From Acidobacteriota bacterium (GTDB taxonomy: Bacteria > Acidobacteriota > UBA6911 > RPQK01 > JAJDTT01): a DNA stretch of 64,000 nt. The notes beneath the pieces are model-generated. The model saw nothing but the letters and a program-made list of their open reading frames with translations, ran no database searches and was not told the DNA's origin. Shown in pieces: positions 1 to 10,046 of this stretch (position 1 is the stretch's first letter; every line of letters starts with the position of its first letter). Location: positions 2,784,001 through 2,848,000 of the forward strand of contig OZ253580.1 of assembly GCA_965263035.1 (NCBI GenBank), in the 5' to 3' direction. Position numbers and translations under genes: made by a program.

Positions 1-1013
1 TCGTGGCGGCGGCCAGAGAGGGTCTGGAAAGTCACGGCTTCGGAATGGCCTCAGTGCGCTTCATCTGCGGGACTCAGGACATCCACAAGGAGTTGGAGGC
101 GGAACTGTCCGAATTTCTGGCGACCGAGGACACGATCCTGTACACCTCCTGCTTCGACGCCAATGCCGGCCTGTTCGAAACCCTGCTGGGACCCCAGGAC
201 GCCATTCTCAGCGACGCTCTCAATCACGCCAGCATCATCGATGGAATCCGTCTCTGCCGGGCTCGGAAAAAGGTCTTCGGCCACAGCGACATGGAAGACC
301 TGGAGCGGAAGCTCAAGGAGACCCGAGACTGCCGCTTTCGCCTCATCGCCACCGACGGCGTCTTCAGCATGCAGGGCGATCTGGGCCGCCTGGCGGAAAT
401 CTGCGATCTGGCCCGCACCCACCAGGCCCTGGTGATGGTGGACGATTCCCACGCCACCGGCTTTCTGGGGCCCACCGGGCGCGGGACCGCCGAGGAACTG
501 GGGGTGATGGACCGTGTCGATATCGTCACGGGCACCTTGGGGAAAGCCCTGGGAGGGGCCTCCGGCGGATTCACCTCGGGCCGCAAGGAGATCATCCGCT
601 ATCTGAGGCAGCGCTCCAGGCCCTACCTGTTCTCCAACACGGTGGCTCCCCCGATCGTCGCCGCCGCTCTCAAGGCCCTGGAACTGATCCAGCAGGACGA
701 CAGTCTGCGCCGGACCCTGCACCAGAACACGCGCTACTTCAGAACGGGTCTGGCCCGTCTGGGGTTCGAAGTCATCGAAGGGAGCCATCCCATCGTTCCC
801 ATCATGATTCGAGATGAGGTCAGGACCGTTCAGATGGCCCGCGCGGTCAACTCACGCGGCATTTTCGTCGTCGGTTTCAGCTTTCCGGTGGTCCCCCGGG
901 GAGAGGCCCGCATTCGAGTTCAGCTTTCCGCGGCTCACACGCGCCAGGACCTGGACCGAGCCCTGTCCGCGTTCCGCGAAGCGGGTCAGGAAACCGGGCT
1001 CTTGGAATACTGA
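1..1013 (+). CDS. kbl: glycine C-acetyltransferase (2-amino-3-ketobutyrate CoA ligase), 5'-truncated by window edge
   Basis: [37 protein letters not shown] and [11 protein letters not shown]-lysine motifs typical of Kbl. Confidence 0.93.
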   Translation, partial: VAAAREGLESHGFGMASVRFICGTQDIHKELEAELSEFLATEDTILYTSCFDANAGLFETLLGPQDAILSDALNHASIIDGIRLCRARKKVFGHSDMEDLERKLKETRDCRFRLIATDGVFSMQGDLGRLAEICDLARTHQALVMVDDSHATGFLGPTGRGTAEELGVMDRVDIVTGTLGKALGGASGGFTSGRKEIIRYLRQRSRPYLFSNTVAPPIVAAALKALELIQQDDSLRRTLHQNTRYFRTGLARLGFEVIEGSHPIVPIMIRDEVRTVQMARAVNSRGIFVVGFSFPVVPRGEARIRVQLSAAHTRQDLDRALSAFREAGQETGLLEY

Positions 1014-1768
1014 TGGCTCTCGAACTGGAGGGAAGGGTCGCGCTGATCACGGGCGCCGCCCAGGGAATGGGCAGGGCCGTGGCGGAGAGAATGGCCACCG
1101 CCGGCGCTCGCCTGGTGCTCAACGACCGGAATCGGCAAACCCTTCGTGCTACCGTCACAGCCTTGGAGGGAAAGGCTGTCGAGTTGGAGGCCGTGGCCGG
1201 CGACGTTTCTTCCGGCGGCGACGTCTCCCGCTTGGTGGAGCAGGCCCTGAAACGCTTCGGCGCTATCCACGTCCTGGTCAACAATGCCGGCGTCCTGAGG
1301 CCGACGCCGGTCATCGAGATCGAAGAGGAGGAATGGGACTGGGTGGTGAACGTCAACCTCAAGGGCACCTACCTCTGCTCGCGGGCGGTGCTGCCCCCCA
1401 TGCGCCGGGAAGGATGGGGACGGATCGTCAACTTCTCCTCTACGGCGGGCAAGAACGTCAGCACCCTTGGCGGCGCCCATTACACGGCCGCCAAAGCCGG
1501 CGTACTGGGGTTCACCCGGCACCTGGCCAAGGAAGAAGCTCCGTACGGGATTACGGTCAACGCGGTCTGTCCCGGACTCATCGACACCGAGATGGTGCGA
1601 AACACCATCGACTCGGAGCGGATACGATCCTACGCCCGGAGCTTCCCCGTCTCCCGCCTCGGGAAGCCCAGCGAGGTTGCCGAGCTGGTGGTCTTCCTGG
1701 CCTCCGATCGAGCGGCCTACATCACCGGAGCTTCACTGGACATCAACGGGGGAGACCTGATGATCTGA
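1013..1768 (+). CDS. short-chain dehydrogenase/reductase (FabG-like)
   Basis: TGAAQGMG, NNAG and YTAAK motifs; TGATG overlap with kbl stop. Confidence 0.92.
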   Translation: MALELEGRVALITGAAQGMGRAVAERMATAGARLVLNDRNRQTLRATVTALEGKAVELEAVAGDVSSGGDVSRLVEQALKRFGAIHVLVNNAGVLRPTPVIEIEEEEWDWVVNVNLKGTYLCSRAVLPPMRREGWGRIVNFSSTAGKNVSTLGGAHYTAAKAGVLGFTRHLAKEEAPYGITVNAVCPGLIDTEMVRNTIDSERIRSYARSFPVSRLGKPSEVAELVVFLASDRAAYITGASLDINGGDLMI

Positions 1769-1784
1769 TTTCGGGAGACTTGAA

Positions 1785-2780
1785 ATGAAGATGACCTGGG
1801 AGCTCAGAGACTACGATCTGGAATTCTTTAATCGGGAACTGGATTCGTTCGTCCCCGACACGATCTTCGACGCCCATGCCCACCTGTACGAGTTGGGCCA
1901 CTGGAAAGTCCGGACGGCCCTGGCCGCCGGTCCCGACAAAGCGACCCTGGAGGTGTTTCAGGAGCAGATCCAGTGGATCACGCCCGGCCGGGAGACCCAC
2001 GGACTCTTCTTCGGAGGCGGCCTGTACGAGGGCACCTACCGGGCATCCAACGAATTCCTGGCCCGGGAGGCCGCCAAGGATCCCAAGTCCCGAGGCCAGC
2101 TGATCGTCTCCCCCCGGCAGGATCCGGAGGAAGTGCGGCAAGAAGTGCGCCGCCTCTCCATGGTGGGGCTCAAGGTCTATCATCTCTTCGTCGAGAACCG
2201 CCCCTCGTCCCACGACTCGGAGATCGAGGAGTTCCTGACCGAGGAACATGTGCGCATCGCCCATGAGGAAGGGCTCAGCGTCACGTTGCACATGGTCAAA
2301 CCCCGGGCTCTCGCGGACCCGGGCAACCAAGCCAGAATCCGATATTATTGTGAAAGCTACCCCAACCTGCGGTTGATCCTGGCCCATGCCGGCCGGAGCT
2401 TCAATCCGCACCACACGATCGAGGGGATCCACTCCCTGGAGGGGATTCCCAACGTGTGGTTCGACACCTCGGCCGTCACCGAGGCCGGCGCTTTCGAGGC
2501 CATCGTGGACACCTTCGGCCACGAACGGCTGCTCTGGGGATCCGATTATCCCATCAGTCATTTTCGAGGCCGCTGCGTCGGAATCGGAGACCAGTTCCTG
2601 TGGCTCTATGAGGACTCCGTCGACTGGAAACGGATCTCTCACGTCGAGATTCGACCTTGCCTGGTCGGCATGGAGTCCTTGCGGGCTGTGAAGCTGGCTG
2701 CCACCCGGCTCCGGCTCACCGATTCCCAGGTGGAGGACGTTTTCTGCAACAACGGGCTGAAGCTGTTCGACCTGGATTAA
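1785..2780 (+). CDS. amidohydrolase_2 family metal-dependent hydrolase
   Basis: DAHAH, LAHAG, WFDTS and LWGSDYP motifs; GGGAG SD. Confidence 0.85.
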   Translation: MKMTWELRDYDLEFFNRELDSFVPDTIFDAHAHLYELGHWKVRTALAAGPDKATLEVFQEQIQWITPGRETHGLFFGGGLYEGTYRASNEFLAREAAKDPKSRGQLIVSPRQDPEEVRQEVRRLSMVGLKVYHLFVENRPSSHDSEIEEFLTEEHVRIAHEEGLSVTLHMVKPRALADPGNQARIRYYCESYPNLRLILAHAGRSFNPHHTIEGIHSLEGIPNVWFDTSAVTEAGAFEAIVDTFGHERLLWGSDYPISHFRGRCVGIGDQFLWLYEDSVDWKRISHVEIRPCLVGMESLRAVKLAATRLRLTDSQVEDVFCNNGLKLFDLD

Positions 2781-2815
2781 GGAACGATCCCGCGCAGCCC
2801 ACCGGCGGGTCTGAA

Positions 2816-2975
2816 CAGCCCGTGGCAAAAGTCGTCACGGCATTCGACCGGGTCCGCATCGTGCGCGGACTGCGTTGCTCCTCGGTCACATACTCCCGGT
2901 ATGCTCCCTCAGGGTGCCTTGTCCGGCGGGCGCAGCCCCGGTTTCGGTGCTGCGTGGGACTTTCGCCACGGACTG
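2816..2975 (+). mobile_element. MITE-like palindromic element, family 1, copy 1 (160 bp, most divergent copy)
   Basis: 18-bp imperfect TIRs CAGCCCGTGGCAAAAGTC / GACTTTCGCCACGGACTG; flanks TGAA/TTAA; five further copies in window. Confidence 0.85.
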
Positions 2976-2986
2976 TTAAGGAGGGC

Positions 2987-3265
2987 ATGACCGACCGGGA
3001 GATCTTGGAGAGACTGGAGGAACTGCTGGCCCGTCTCGACATCGATCTGGTTCGCGAGCAGGGAGAGTTCTCGGGTGGCCTGTGTCGAATTGGAGAAGAG
3101 AATCGATTCATTCTGAACCAGGCGCTGCCTCTGTCGCAGCAAATCGGAATCCTCTGCCGCGACCTCTCGGCCGTGGACCTTTCCCAGGTCTACGTTCTGC
3201 CCGTCCTGCGGGAGATGATCCGTGCCGCCGCTCGGGAAGGTCCCCCTCTTGACCGTCCCCTATAG
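2987..3265 (+). CDS. small hypothetical protein (92 aa)
   Basis: AAGGAGG SD before ATG 2987; globular-looking sequence (GGLCRI...VYVLPVLRE); upstream extension in ORF track is MITE sequence. Confidence 0.7.
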   Translation: MTDREILERLEELLARLDIDLVREQGEFSGGLCRIGEENRFILNQALPLSQQIGILCRDLSAVDLSQVYVLPVLREMIRAAAREGPPLDRPL

Positions 3266-3295
3266 TGATTACGGGCGCCGCGCCGAAAGGAGATC

Positions 3296-4054
3296 ATGGT
3301 GAAAATGCGACCGAACAAGGTAAAGGAGAAGCTGGCCGCCGGCGAAACCGCGTATGTGATCGGAGGGCTGGGAAGCGCCGAGGAGATCGATCAATTTGGG
3401 ACCACCGGTTTCGACGGGGTCTGGCTGGAGGCCGAGCACGGCTCGGTGGACTTCGCGGACATACCCGACCTCACCCGAGCCTGTGACATCTGGGGGATGA
3501 CCTCGATCCTGCGGGTCAACCAGAACGTCCAGTCCATTATCTACCGGGGGCTGGACCGGGGCGTCCAGGGAATCGTCGTTCCCCATGTCAACACCCGGGA
3601 CGAGGCCGAAAACGTGGTCCAGGGCGGGAAGTTCGCACCTATCGGGCAGAGAGGACTGTTCACCTGCCGTCAAGGCTACGGGGTCCCCGATTATTTCGAC
3701 GTCGCCAACGATCACACCCTGCTCATGGTCCTGATCGAGGATATCGTGGCGGTCCGGAATCTGGACGAGATCCTGGAGGTGGACCATATCGACGTCTTCT
3801 TCGTGGCGCCCAGTGACTTGGCGGCTTCCATGGGTCTGATCGGGCAGCTCGGTCATCCCAAGGTGCAGGAAACCATCGATTACGCCTTGGCGCGGATCCA
3901 GCAACGGGGACGTGTGGCGGGCACCTTGGCCATGAACGACACCGTCGCCCGCTACGCCGCCGGCGGCGTTCGTCTGTTTCTGACCGTGGCTGCGCCCTGG
4001 ATCGAGGCCGGCGCCAAGGAGTTCAGGCGGCGCGGCACGATTCCATCAGCCTGA
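3296..4054 (+). CDS. HpcH/HpaI aldolase family protein
   Basis: WLEAEHG, GIVVPHV, FAPIGQRG, LIED and FVAPSDL motifs; AAAGGAGA SD. Confidence 0.9.
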   Translation: MVKMRPNKVKEKLAAGETAYVIGGLGSAEEIDQFGTTGFDGVWLEAEHGSVDFADIPDLTRACDIWGMTSILRVNQNVQSIIYRGLDRGVQGIVVPHVNTRDEAENVVQGGKFAPIGQRGLFTCRQGYGVPDYFDVANDHTLLMVLIEDIVAVRNLDEILEVDHIDVFFVAPSDLAASMGLIGQLGHPKVQETIDYALARIQQRGRVAGTLAMNDTVARYAAGGVRLFLTVAAPWIEAGAKEFRRRGTIPSA

Positions 4055-4107
4055 GCCTGAGGTCGTCCTCAAGGCAAAGTCGTCCGGTGGCACCGGCTCC
4101 AATCGTT

Positions 4108-4113
4108 TATCAT
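4108..4113 (+). promoter_or_regulatory. putative -10 element (TATCAT) for SRP RNA
   Basis: TATCAT ends 5 nt before the predicted SRP RNA 5' end. Confidence 0.5.
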
Positions 4114-4118
4114 GGAAA

Positions 4119-4408
4119 GGCCGTGCTAGGCGGGGCGTTAGCGGTACCCTGATTCCCTGACAGCCAGGGAGGACTCGCAATCCGCTGCAGCGAGGCTGAA
4201 GACTCCGCTGAGGGTCGCCACCGGGGAACCACTCCGGACCGCCGGAAGGTGTCGAACGTGGGGTCCTCCACAACGGGCGCCCGTGAATCTGGTCAGGTCC
4301 GGAAGGAAGCAGCCATAAGCGGGAATGCACGTGTGTCGGAGGGGTGCTCGACGGGAGCCGGCCGCCGGTCCGGAACTCCGCGGAAGACTCGAAGCGGAGT
4401 GCACGGCC
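4119..4408 (+). ncRNA. ffs: signal recognition particle RNA, large (Alu-domain-containing) bacterial type
   Basis: Conserved helix 8 TCAGGTCCGGAAGGAAGCAGC; 5' GCCGTGCTAGGCGGGG..TAGCGGT as in Bacillus-type scRNA; terminal pairing GGCCGTGC/GCACGGCC; ~290 nt. Confidence 0.92.
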
Positions 4409-4414
4409 AGGCTA

Positions 4415-5633
4415 GTACCCCATAACATGTAATTGGTCGTATACTATAGTAGGAGGCTGGAGAACTCGGAAGGAGGGGTTCTCATGGCACCACGCTATCG
4501 TGTCACGCTCACTGTGGAAGAGCGCGCGGAATTGAAGGCATTGACCCGGGCCGCGACCAAGACCACCGGCAAGCGGTTCCTGTACGCACGGGCTCTATTG
4601 TTGTGCGACCGCGGGTCGGAGGGGCCGGGATGGACCGTGGCCCGGGTGGCCGAGGCGCTGGGCGTCTCAGTCCGCACGGTCGAGCGCTTGAAACGGCGGT
4701 TTGTGGAGCAGGGTCTGGAGTTCGCCTTGGAGCGCAAGCGGCGGGTGCGGCCGCCGCGGGAAGTCATCTTCGACGGCGTGTTCGAGGCTCGCTTGGTCGC
4801 CTTGGCCTGTTCCCAGGCCCCGCCGGGGCGGAAGCGCTGGACCCTGCGCCTGCTGGCGGAGAAAGTAGTGGAACTGGGCTGGGTCGAGCGGGTGTCGGTG
4901 ATGACGGTGCAGCGGACGCTAAAAAAAACCAACTGCAGCCTCATCGGAAGAAGTATTGGCGGATCCCGCCCCGGGGCAGCGCCGCATTCGTAGCCTGCAT
5001 GGAGGACGTTTTGGAAGTCTATGCCCGTGCCTACCATCCCGGTCGGCCGGTGGTCTGCATGGATGAGACCAACAAGCAGTTGATCGGCGAAGTGCGGGAG
5101 CCGTTGCCCGTGGAGCCGGCCCAGCCGGAGCGGGTCGAGCACGAGTACGTGCGCAACGGGGTCGCGCAGATCTTCCTGGAGGTGGAGCCGCTGACCGGCC
5201 GCAGCCATGTGGAGGCGGGCGAGCGGCGTACGCGCCAGGATTGGGCCCGCTGGATCGAGGGCATGCTGGAGAGGCGATATCCGGAGGCCGAGCGGGTGGT
5301 CCTGGTCATGGACAACCTGAACACGCACGGAATCGAATCGCTGTACGCGACCTACGAGCCCCGACACGCTCGCCAACTGGCGGAACGACTCGAAATCCAT
5401 TACACGCCGAAGCACGGGAGTTGGCTCAACATTGCGGAAATCGAACTGAGTACGCTGTGCGGGCAATGCCTCGACCGCCGCATTCCAAGCTTGGCCCAGA
5501 TGCAACGCGAGATCGAGGCTTGGGTCGGCGATCGGAATCAACGGCAAACCGAGATCAACTGGCAATTCACGACGGAGGATGCACGGGTCAAGCTGAAGAG
5601 CCTATATCCGCAACTTTAAGTGTTAATAGGTAC
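4415..5633 (+). mobile_element. IS630-family insertion sequence (~1219 bp)
   Basis: TIRs GTACCCCATAACATGTAA / TTAAGTGTTAATAGGTAC; TA duplication at 4413-4414 and 5634-5635; two-ORF transposase inside. Confidence 0.92.
4484..5619 (+). CDS. IS630 transposase, HTH ORF (4484-4993) plus DDE ORF joined by probable -1 frameshift at A8 run 4921-4928
   Basis: RWTLRLLA HTH; CMDET, VMDNLNTH and HGSWLNIAEIE catalytic motifs; CTAAAAAAAAC slippery site at the frame overlap. Confidence 0.9.
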
Positions 5634-5636
5634 TAG

Positions 5637-5674
5637 GAGCCAGCGCCGCAGAAATTGATCTACCGCGCAGACTC
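5637..5674 (-). mobile_element. mini palindromic element, family 2 (38-bp internally deleted form)
   Basis: 35/38 identical to 48725-48762; ends match the TIRs of 44248-44406; CTAG flanks, right one contains the NHL gene stop. Confidence 0.75.
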
Positions 5675-6577
5675 CTAGTCGAGAATGAATTTCGAGACTC
5701 GCCAGTTCTGAATCTCGGCTACGTAGAGTTCCCCCTTCTTGCCCAGCGTCAGGTGGTGGGCGAAGGCGAACCGGCCGGGGGCCCTTCCCTCCTCGCCGAA
5801 GGAGCCGAGGACATTCCCCTCCAGGTCCAGCTTCAGCACCCGATTGTTGTAGCCGTCGCACATGTAGAGCAGTCCGTCCGACCCCATATACAACCCCCAG
5901 GGAGAGCCCAGATGAGTCCACTCGGCGAGGAAACGCCCCTCGGAATCGAAGATCTGGAGCCGATGATTTTCGCGGTCCCCCACGTAGACCTGACCTTGGC
6001 CGTCCACCGCCAAGCTGTGGGGGGCGTTGAACTCTCCCGGACCTTTTCCCTTCTTGCCCCACGCCGTCACGTACTCCCCGCGCGCCGTGAACTTGACGAT
6101 ACGTGAGTTGCCGTAGCCGTCGGATACATAAACCTTCCCCGACGGTCCGAAGGCCACATGGGTGGGCATATTGAATTGAGTCTCACTCTCCCCCGGAGTG
6201 CCCGTCTGTCCCAAGACCATGAGGACCCTTCCCATGGAGTTGAACTTGACCACAACATGAGACCCGATGTCCGTCACCCAGATATTGTCGTCTGCGTCCA
6301 CGGCCAGACCGTGAGAGTCGTTGAGGAGCCCCCGTCCCCACGTCCGCAGGTACTTGCCGCTGGAGTCGAAGCAGAGGACAGGATCGGGGCCCCGGTTGAA
6401 AACGTAGACGTTGTTGGCGGAATCCACGCCAACCCCCGTCGTGATGCCGAAATTCACTCCTTGCGGGAGCTGAGGCCAATCGGCGACGTACCGGAGCGCC
6501 AACTTGGGAAAATCGGCTCCCAGCACCTGAAGCGGAGCCACCACGGACACCAGCAGCGCGATTCGCAAAGAAATCAT
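5675..6577 (-). CDS. secreted NHL-repeat beta-propeller (peptidyl-alpha-hydroxyglycine alpha-amidating lyase-like)
   Basis: N-terminal signal peptide; repeated FNxPH/HGLAVD..G.VYV.D.GNSRI NHL units. Confidence 0.88.
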   Translation of the reverse strand: MISLRIALLVSVVAPLQVLGADFPKLALRYVADWPQLPQGVNFGITTGVGVDSANNVYVFNRGPDPVLCFDSSGKYLRTWGRGLLNDSHGLAVDADDNIWVTDIGSHVVVKFNSMGRVLMVLGQTGTPGESETQFNMPTHVAFGPSGKVYVSDGYGNSRIVKFTARGEYVTAWGKKGKGPGEFNAPHSLAVDGQGQVYVGDRENHRLQIFDSEGRFLAEWTHLGSPWGLYMGSDGLLYMCDGYNNRVLKLDLEGNVLGSFGEEGRAPGRFAFAHHLTLGKKGELYVAEIQNWRVSKFILD

Positions 6578-6650
6578 GATCTTTCCTCGATGTCTTGGAT
6601 CAGGAGGGATTGATTAGAGTATGCTATCACAGTCACTAGCGGGTCCTTCC

Positions 6651-8852
6651 ATGACTGTTTCTGATTCCGGAACCCTGTCCAGAGTCCTTCACGGCTGGGC
6701 TCGGATGTGCCCCGAAGAACCGGTGGTGGCCGGGTCCATGGGAACCTGGCGGATACGCTACCGGGTGGGGAAATACGGCATCGACGACGGAGGAAGAATC
6801 CGTGTCGTCAGGCGTTTCGTGAGTGACTGGGGCCCGCCTCAGACCGACCGGCCCGACCAGGCCGATTTTCTGACCGTCTCCACTTCGGGCAGCGCGCGGG
6901 TCTCGGTCGCTTGCGATCCGCAAGCCCACGTTCGGCCCTGGCAGAAGTCCATGACCGTCTCCGTGAATGACGGGTACCTCCGGGAGGGGGACACGGTCAC
7001 ACTGGTCCTGGGAGATACCTCGTCAGGTGGGCCGGGTTCCCGGGCGCAGACCTTCTGCGAGCCCCGGTTCGAATTCAAGGTCCTGGTGGACTGCTTCGGC
7101 ACGGGCTCATTCGTGGAGCTGGAACCGGTTGGAAGCGTCCCCATAGTGGGTGGTCCGGGTGCCGAGATCCAGTTGATCGTTCCCACCGACGTGGTCCTGG
7201 GAATCCCCTTTCGAGTGTCGGTACGGGTCTTGGACCAATGGGGTAACCCGGCGGATCGCTACCAGGGGGCGCTGGAAACCGGCGACAGTGCAAAACTCTT
7301 CTACGGTCTGCCTTCCCGTCTGACTCTTGAACGCTCCGATCGGGGAATCCTCTGTCTGGACGGCGTCCTGGCTCGGGAGCCGGGGATCTATCGGGTTGAG
7401 GCGGTGGACCCGAAACGCGGCCTGAAGGCCGTCAGCAATCCGCTGCTGGTGAAGCCGCACCAGCCCCGGCGAAGGCGGTTCTGGGGAGATCTCCACGGCC
7501 AGAGCGAGGAGACGGTAGGGACCCTGACGGTGGACGAATACTTCGCGTTCGCCCGCAACAAGGCCTTGGTGGACTTCGCGGGCCATCAGGGAAACTGTTT
7601 CCAGATCACGCCGGAGGTCTGGGACCGAATCCGGGAAACGGTCAGCGCCTACCATGAGCCGGGCCGGTTCGTCGCCTTTCTCGGTTACGAGTGGTCGGGA
7701 CTGACCGCGGGCGGCGGGGACAGGAACGTCTATTTTCGAGGAGACGACGGGCCCTTGTATCGCGCCAGCCGCTGCCTGATCTTGCCGGCCGGCCGGGATG
7801 AAGACCCCGAGTGCTATCCCGTGACGGAACTCTACCAGCGTCTTCGAGGCCGGGACGACGCCCTCATGATTCCCCATGTGGGCGGCCGTTGGGCGGACCT
7901 CGACTTCTTCGATCCCGAGCTGGAGCCGCTGGTGGAGATCTACTCCTCTTGGGGTGAATTCGAATGGCTTCTGGAAGACGCGTTCCGTCGAGGCCACAGG
8001 GTCGGCATCAGTTGCGGAAGCGACGATCACAAGGGCCGGCCCGGCGCCAGCTATCCCGGGGCCGGAACCTTTGGGGTTCGGGGTGGCCTGCTTTGCCTCT
8101 GGGCCTCGGAATTGAACCGCGAGAGTCTCTGGGAAGCCCTTCAGGGGCGCCGCTGCTACGGCACGACCGGGGCCCGCATTGCGCTGGAATTCGAAACCAG
8201 CACCGGGGTTCCCATGGGCGGAGAGGAACGAACACAAGGACCTCCCCGGTTCCGGGTACACGTCGAAGGCACCGGCGACGTCGAGCGCGTTGAGCTGCGA
8301 CGAGGAACCGAGTGCGTGGACGCTCTTCCTCGAGGCGCCGAGATTCCATGTGCGCCCGATACCGTCCGTATCGCCTGGTCGGGTGCGAGAAACCGCGGTC
8401 GGGACCGCGCCGCTCGCTGGGACGGCGTCGTCGAGGCCAAGGGAACCCGAATCGTCGAGGCCACCGGCTACGCCTTCGACTCTCCGGCAGAAGGGATCCG
8501 CGAGATCGGACCAAACCGGGTCTCATGGGAATCGGCAACCAGCGGCGATGCCGACGGCATTCTGTTGAAACTGGATCCCGCCGATGCCGGCGTGCTCCGT
8601 TTCCGGACCGAACGGGTCCAATTCGACGTTGGCCTGGAGAAGTTGCTGGACGCCCCCGTTACCTATTCGGCCGGAGGACTGGACCTGAAGGTTCAGGTCC
8701 AGCGCGAGCCCCTGGGGCTGGGCCGAAGCGTCGAGGCCGAGTTGACGGACCCGGCCGCACCCGCAGGTCCGACACCCTATTTCGTCGTGGTGCTCCAGAA
8801 GGACGGCGCCAAAGCCTGGGCCTCCCCCATCTGGGTCTCGCCGGCTCCGTAA
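6651..8852 (+). CDS. DUF3604-like protein with PHP-type metallo-hydrolase domain (start could be 6621)
   Basis: WGDLHGQS, GYEWS, PHVGG, SDDHKGRPG, RRCYGTTG and AWASPIW motifs. Confidence 0.75.
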   Translation: MTVSDSGTLSRVLHGWARMCPEEPVVAGSMGTWRIRYRVGKYGIDDGGRIRVVRRFVSDWGPPQTDRPDQADFLTVSTSGSARVSVACDPQAHVRPWQKSMTVSVNDGYLREGDTVTLVLGDTSSGGPGSRAQTFCEPRFEFKVLVDCFGTGSFVELEPVGSVPIVGGPGAEIQLIVPTDVVLGIPFRVSVRVLDQWGNPADRYQGALETGDSAKLFYGLPSRLTLERSDRGILCLDGVLAREPGIYRVEAVDPKRGLKAVSNPLLVKPHQPRRRRFWGDLHGQSEETVGTLTVDEYFAFARNKALVDFAGHQGNCFQITPEVWDRIRETVSAYHEPGRFVAFLGYEWSGLTAGGGDRNVYFRGDDGPLYRASRCLILPAGRDEDPECYPVTELYQRLRGRDDALMIPHVGGRWADLDFFDPELEPLVEIYSSWGEFEWLLEDAFRRGHRVGISCGSDDHKGRPGASYPGAGTFGVRGGLLCLWASELNRESLWEALQGRRCYGTTGARIALEFETSTGVPMGGEERTQGPPRFRVHVEGTGDVERVELRRGTECVDALPRGAEIPCAPDTVRIAWSGARNRGRDRAARWDGVVEAKGTRIVEATGYAFDSPAEGIREIGPNRVSWESATSGDADGILLKLDPADAGVLRFRTERVQFDVGLEKLLDAPVTYSAGGLDLKVQVQREPLGLGRSVEAELTDPAAPAGPTPYFVVVLQKDGAKAWASPIWVSPAP

Positions 8853-8994
8853 TTTCCTTGGTGTCGTTCGCGTGGGCTCCGGACATCACCGGAGGAAGGC
8901 TCGGCTCTCACTGCTTGCTCCCGGTTCCCATATTCCCTCCGTCACTTCCATCGAGGAATCAGGAAGCGTCACCACAGTTGCATAGACTAGCCGC

Positions 8995-9612
8995 ATGATC
9001 ACTTCCGTTCGCAACGCGCCATCGACCCTGGATTCCCCGCCACCCGTCCGCGGCTACCGGCAGTGTCGCTCCAGAACTCGCCGTCTGGCTCTGTCCGTCA
9101 GCGCCGGGTGGGTCGCGCTGCTGTTGGTCTGCTCTCCGGGAAGCCGGCTGGACGCCGCTACCGACCTCACTCTGTTCGGCGCCTGGGCTCCGGGCGGGAC
9201 TCTGGCGTCCACGAAGCTGAAGGACTTCGCCGGGTTCGGCGCCACCTTCGAGAAGTACTTCGCCATCGTAGGATTCGAGAACACGTTCACCTACTACACC
9301 CGGCCGGTGGACATCACTGGGAGCGGAGATGACGGATTGGCCCTCACCAGCGGCCTGACTCTGAACATCCCCTTCTACGGAAAGTTCGGCTATGTCGCTG
9401 CCGGGGCCGGATTCTTCCGCAAACAGAGTTCCCTTTCTCTGGACCAGGGGACCCGGTTCCTGAGCAACATCGGGGGCGGTGTCAAGCTGCGCAAGCTCGC
9501 GGGCGCACTGGGGCTTCGACTCGATTACAGGCGCTGCAGAATCTCCAATATCAGAGGGCAGGCCTACGGATTCAACCAGATCTCCGGTGGCCTCATGGTG
9601 AGCTTCGACTGA
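8995..9612 (+). CDS. outer-membrane beta-barrel protein
   Basis: Hydrophobic signal-like segment; alternating beta-strand pattern (NIGGGVK, LRLDYR); near-terminal Phe; start uncertain. Confidence 0.65.
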   Translation: MITSVRNAPSTLDSPPPVRGYRQCRSRTRRLALSVSAGWVALLLVCSPGSRLDAATDLTLFGAWAPGGTLASTKLKDFAGFGATFEKYFAIVGFENTFTYYTRPVDITGSGDDGLALTSGLTLNIPFYGKFGYVAAGAGFFRKQSSLSLDQGTRFLSNIGGGVKLRKLAGALGLRLDYRRCRISNIRGQAYGFNQISGGLMVSFD

Positions 9613-9932
9613 TGGCGAATCAGGACCTGCCCGAATTCCTCCAGAGGGTCGTCGAGCGCTATCCTCAGGTGTGGGACGATTACGGCCGTCTCAGCCGGAC
9701 GGTCGGCGGGCTGGAAGGCCTCGACTTCCGTTCTCAACGCCTGGTCAAGTTGGGAATCGCCATCGGCGCCGGCCGAAGGGGAGCCGTTCACTCCCACGCC
9801 CGCAAGTGCCGGAAGGCAGGCCTGTCCAACGCCGAGATCTACCATGCCGCACTCCTCGCCATCACCACCGTAGGCTGGTCCGGCGCCATCGCCGCACTCT
9901 CCTGGATCAACGACGAACTCGGCGAACTCTGA
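9612..9932 (+). CDS. carboxymuconolactone decarboxylase/AhpD-like protein
   Basis: LVKLGIAIGA..GAVHSHARK...EIYHAALLAITTVG pattern. Confidence 0.85.
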   Translation: MANQDLPEFLQRVVERYPQVWDDYGRLSRTVGGLEGLDFRSQRLVKLGIAIGAGRRGAVHSHARKCRKAGLSNAEIYHAALLAITTVGWSGAIAALSWINDELGEL

Positions 9933-10046
9933 CCTTCGTGAGTCCACAGAAGTTTCGGTGGGGCTGTGAGGATTCAGGCGAGGAGACAGATTGAGGGGCG
10001 GATCCCTGTTTCCATTTTCCGGAAATCAGCAGCTACACGGTACGAG

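Noticed and set aside
4415-5633. IS630 as the mobiliser of the MITE families
   Set aside because: Its ends (GTACC..., TA duplication) do not resemble the CAGCC/GAGCC ends and 4-bp flanks of the MITEs
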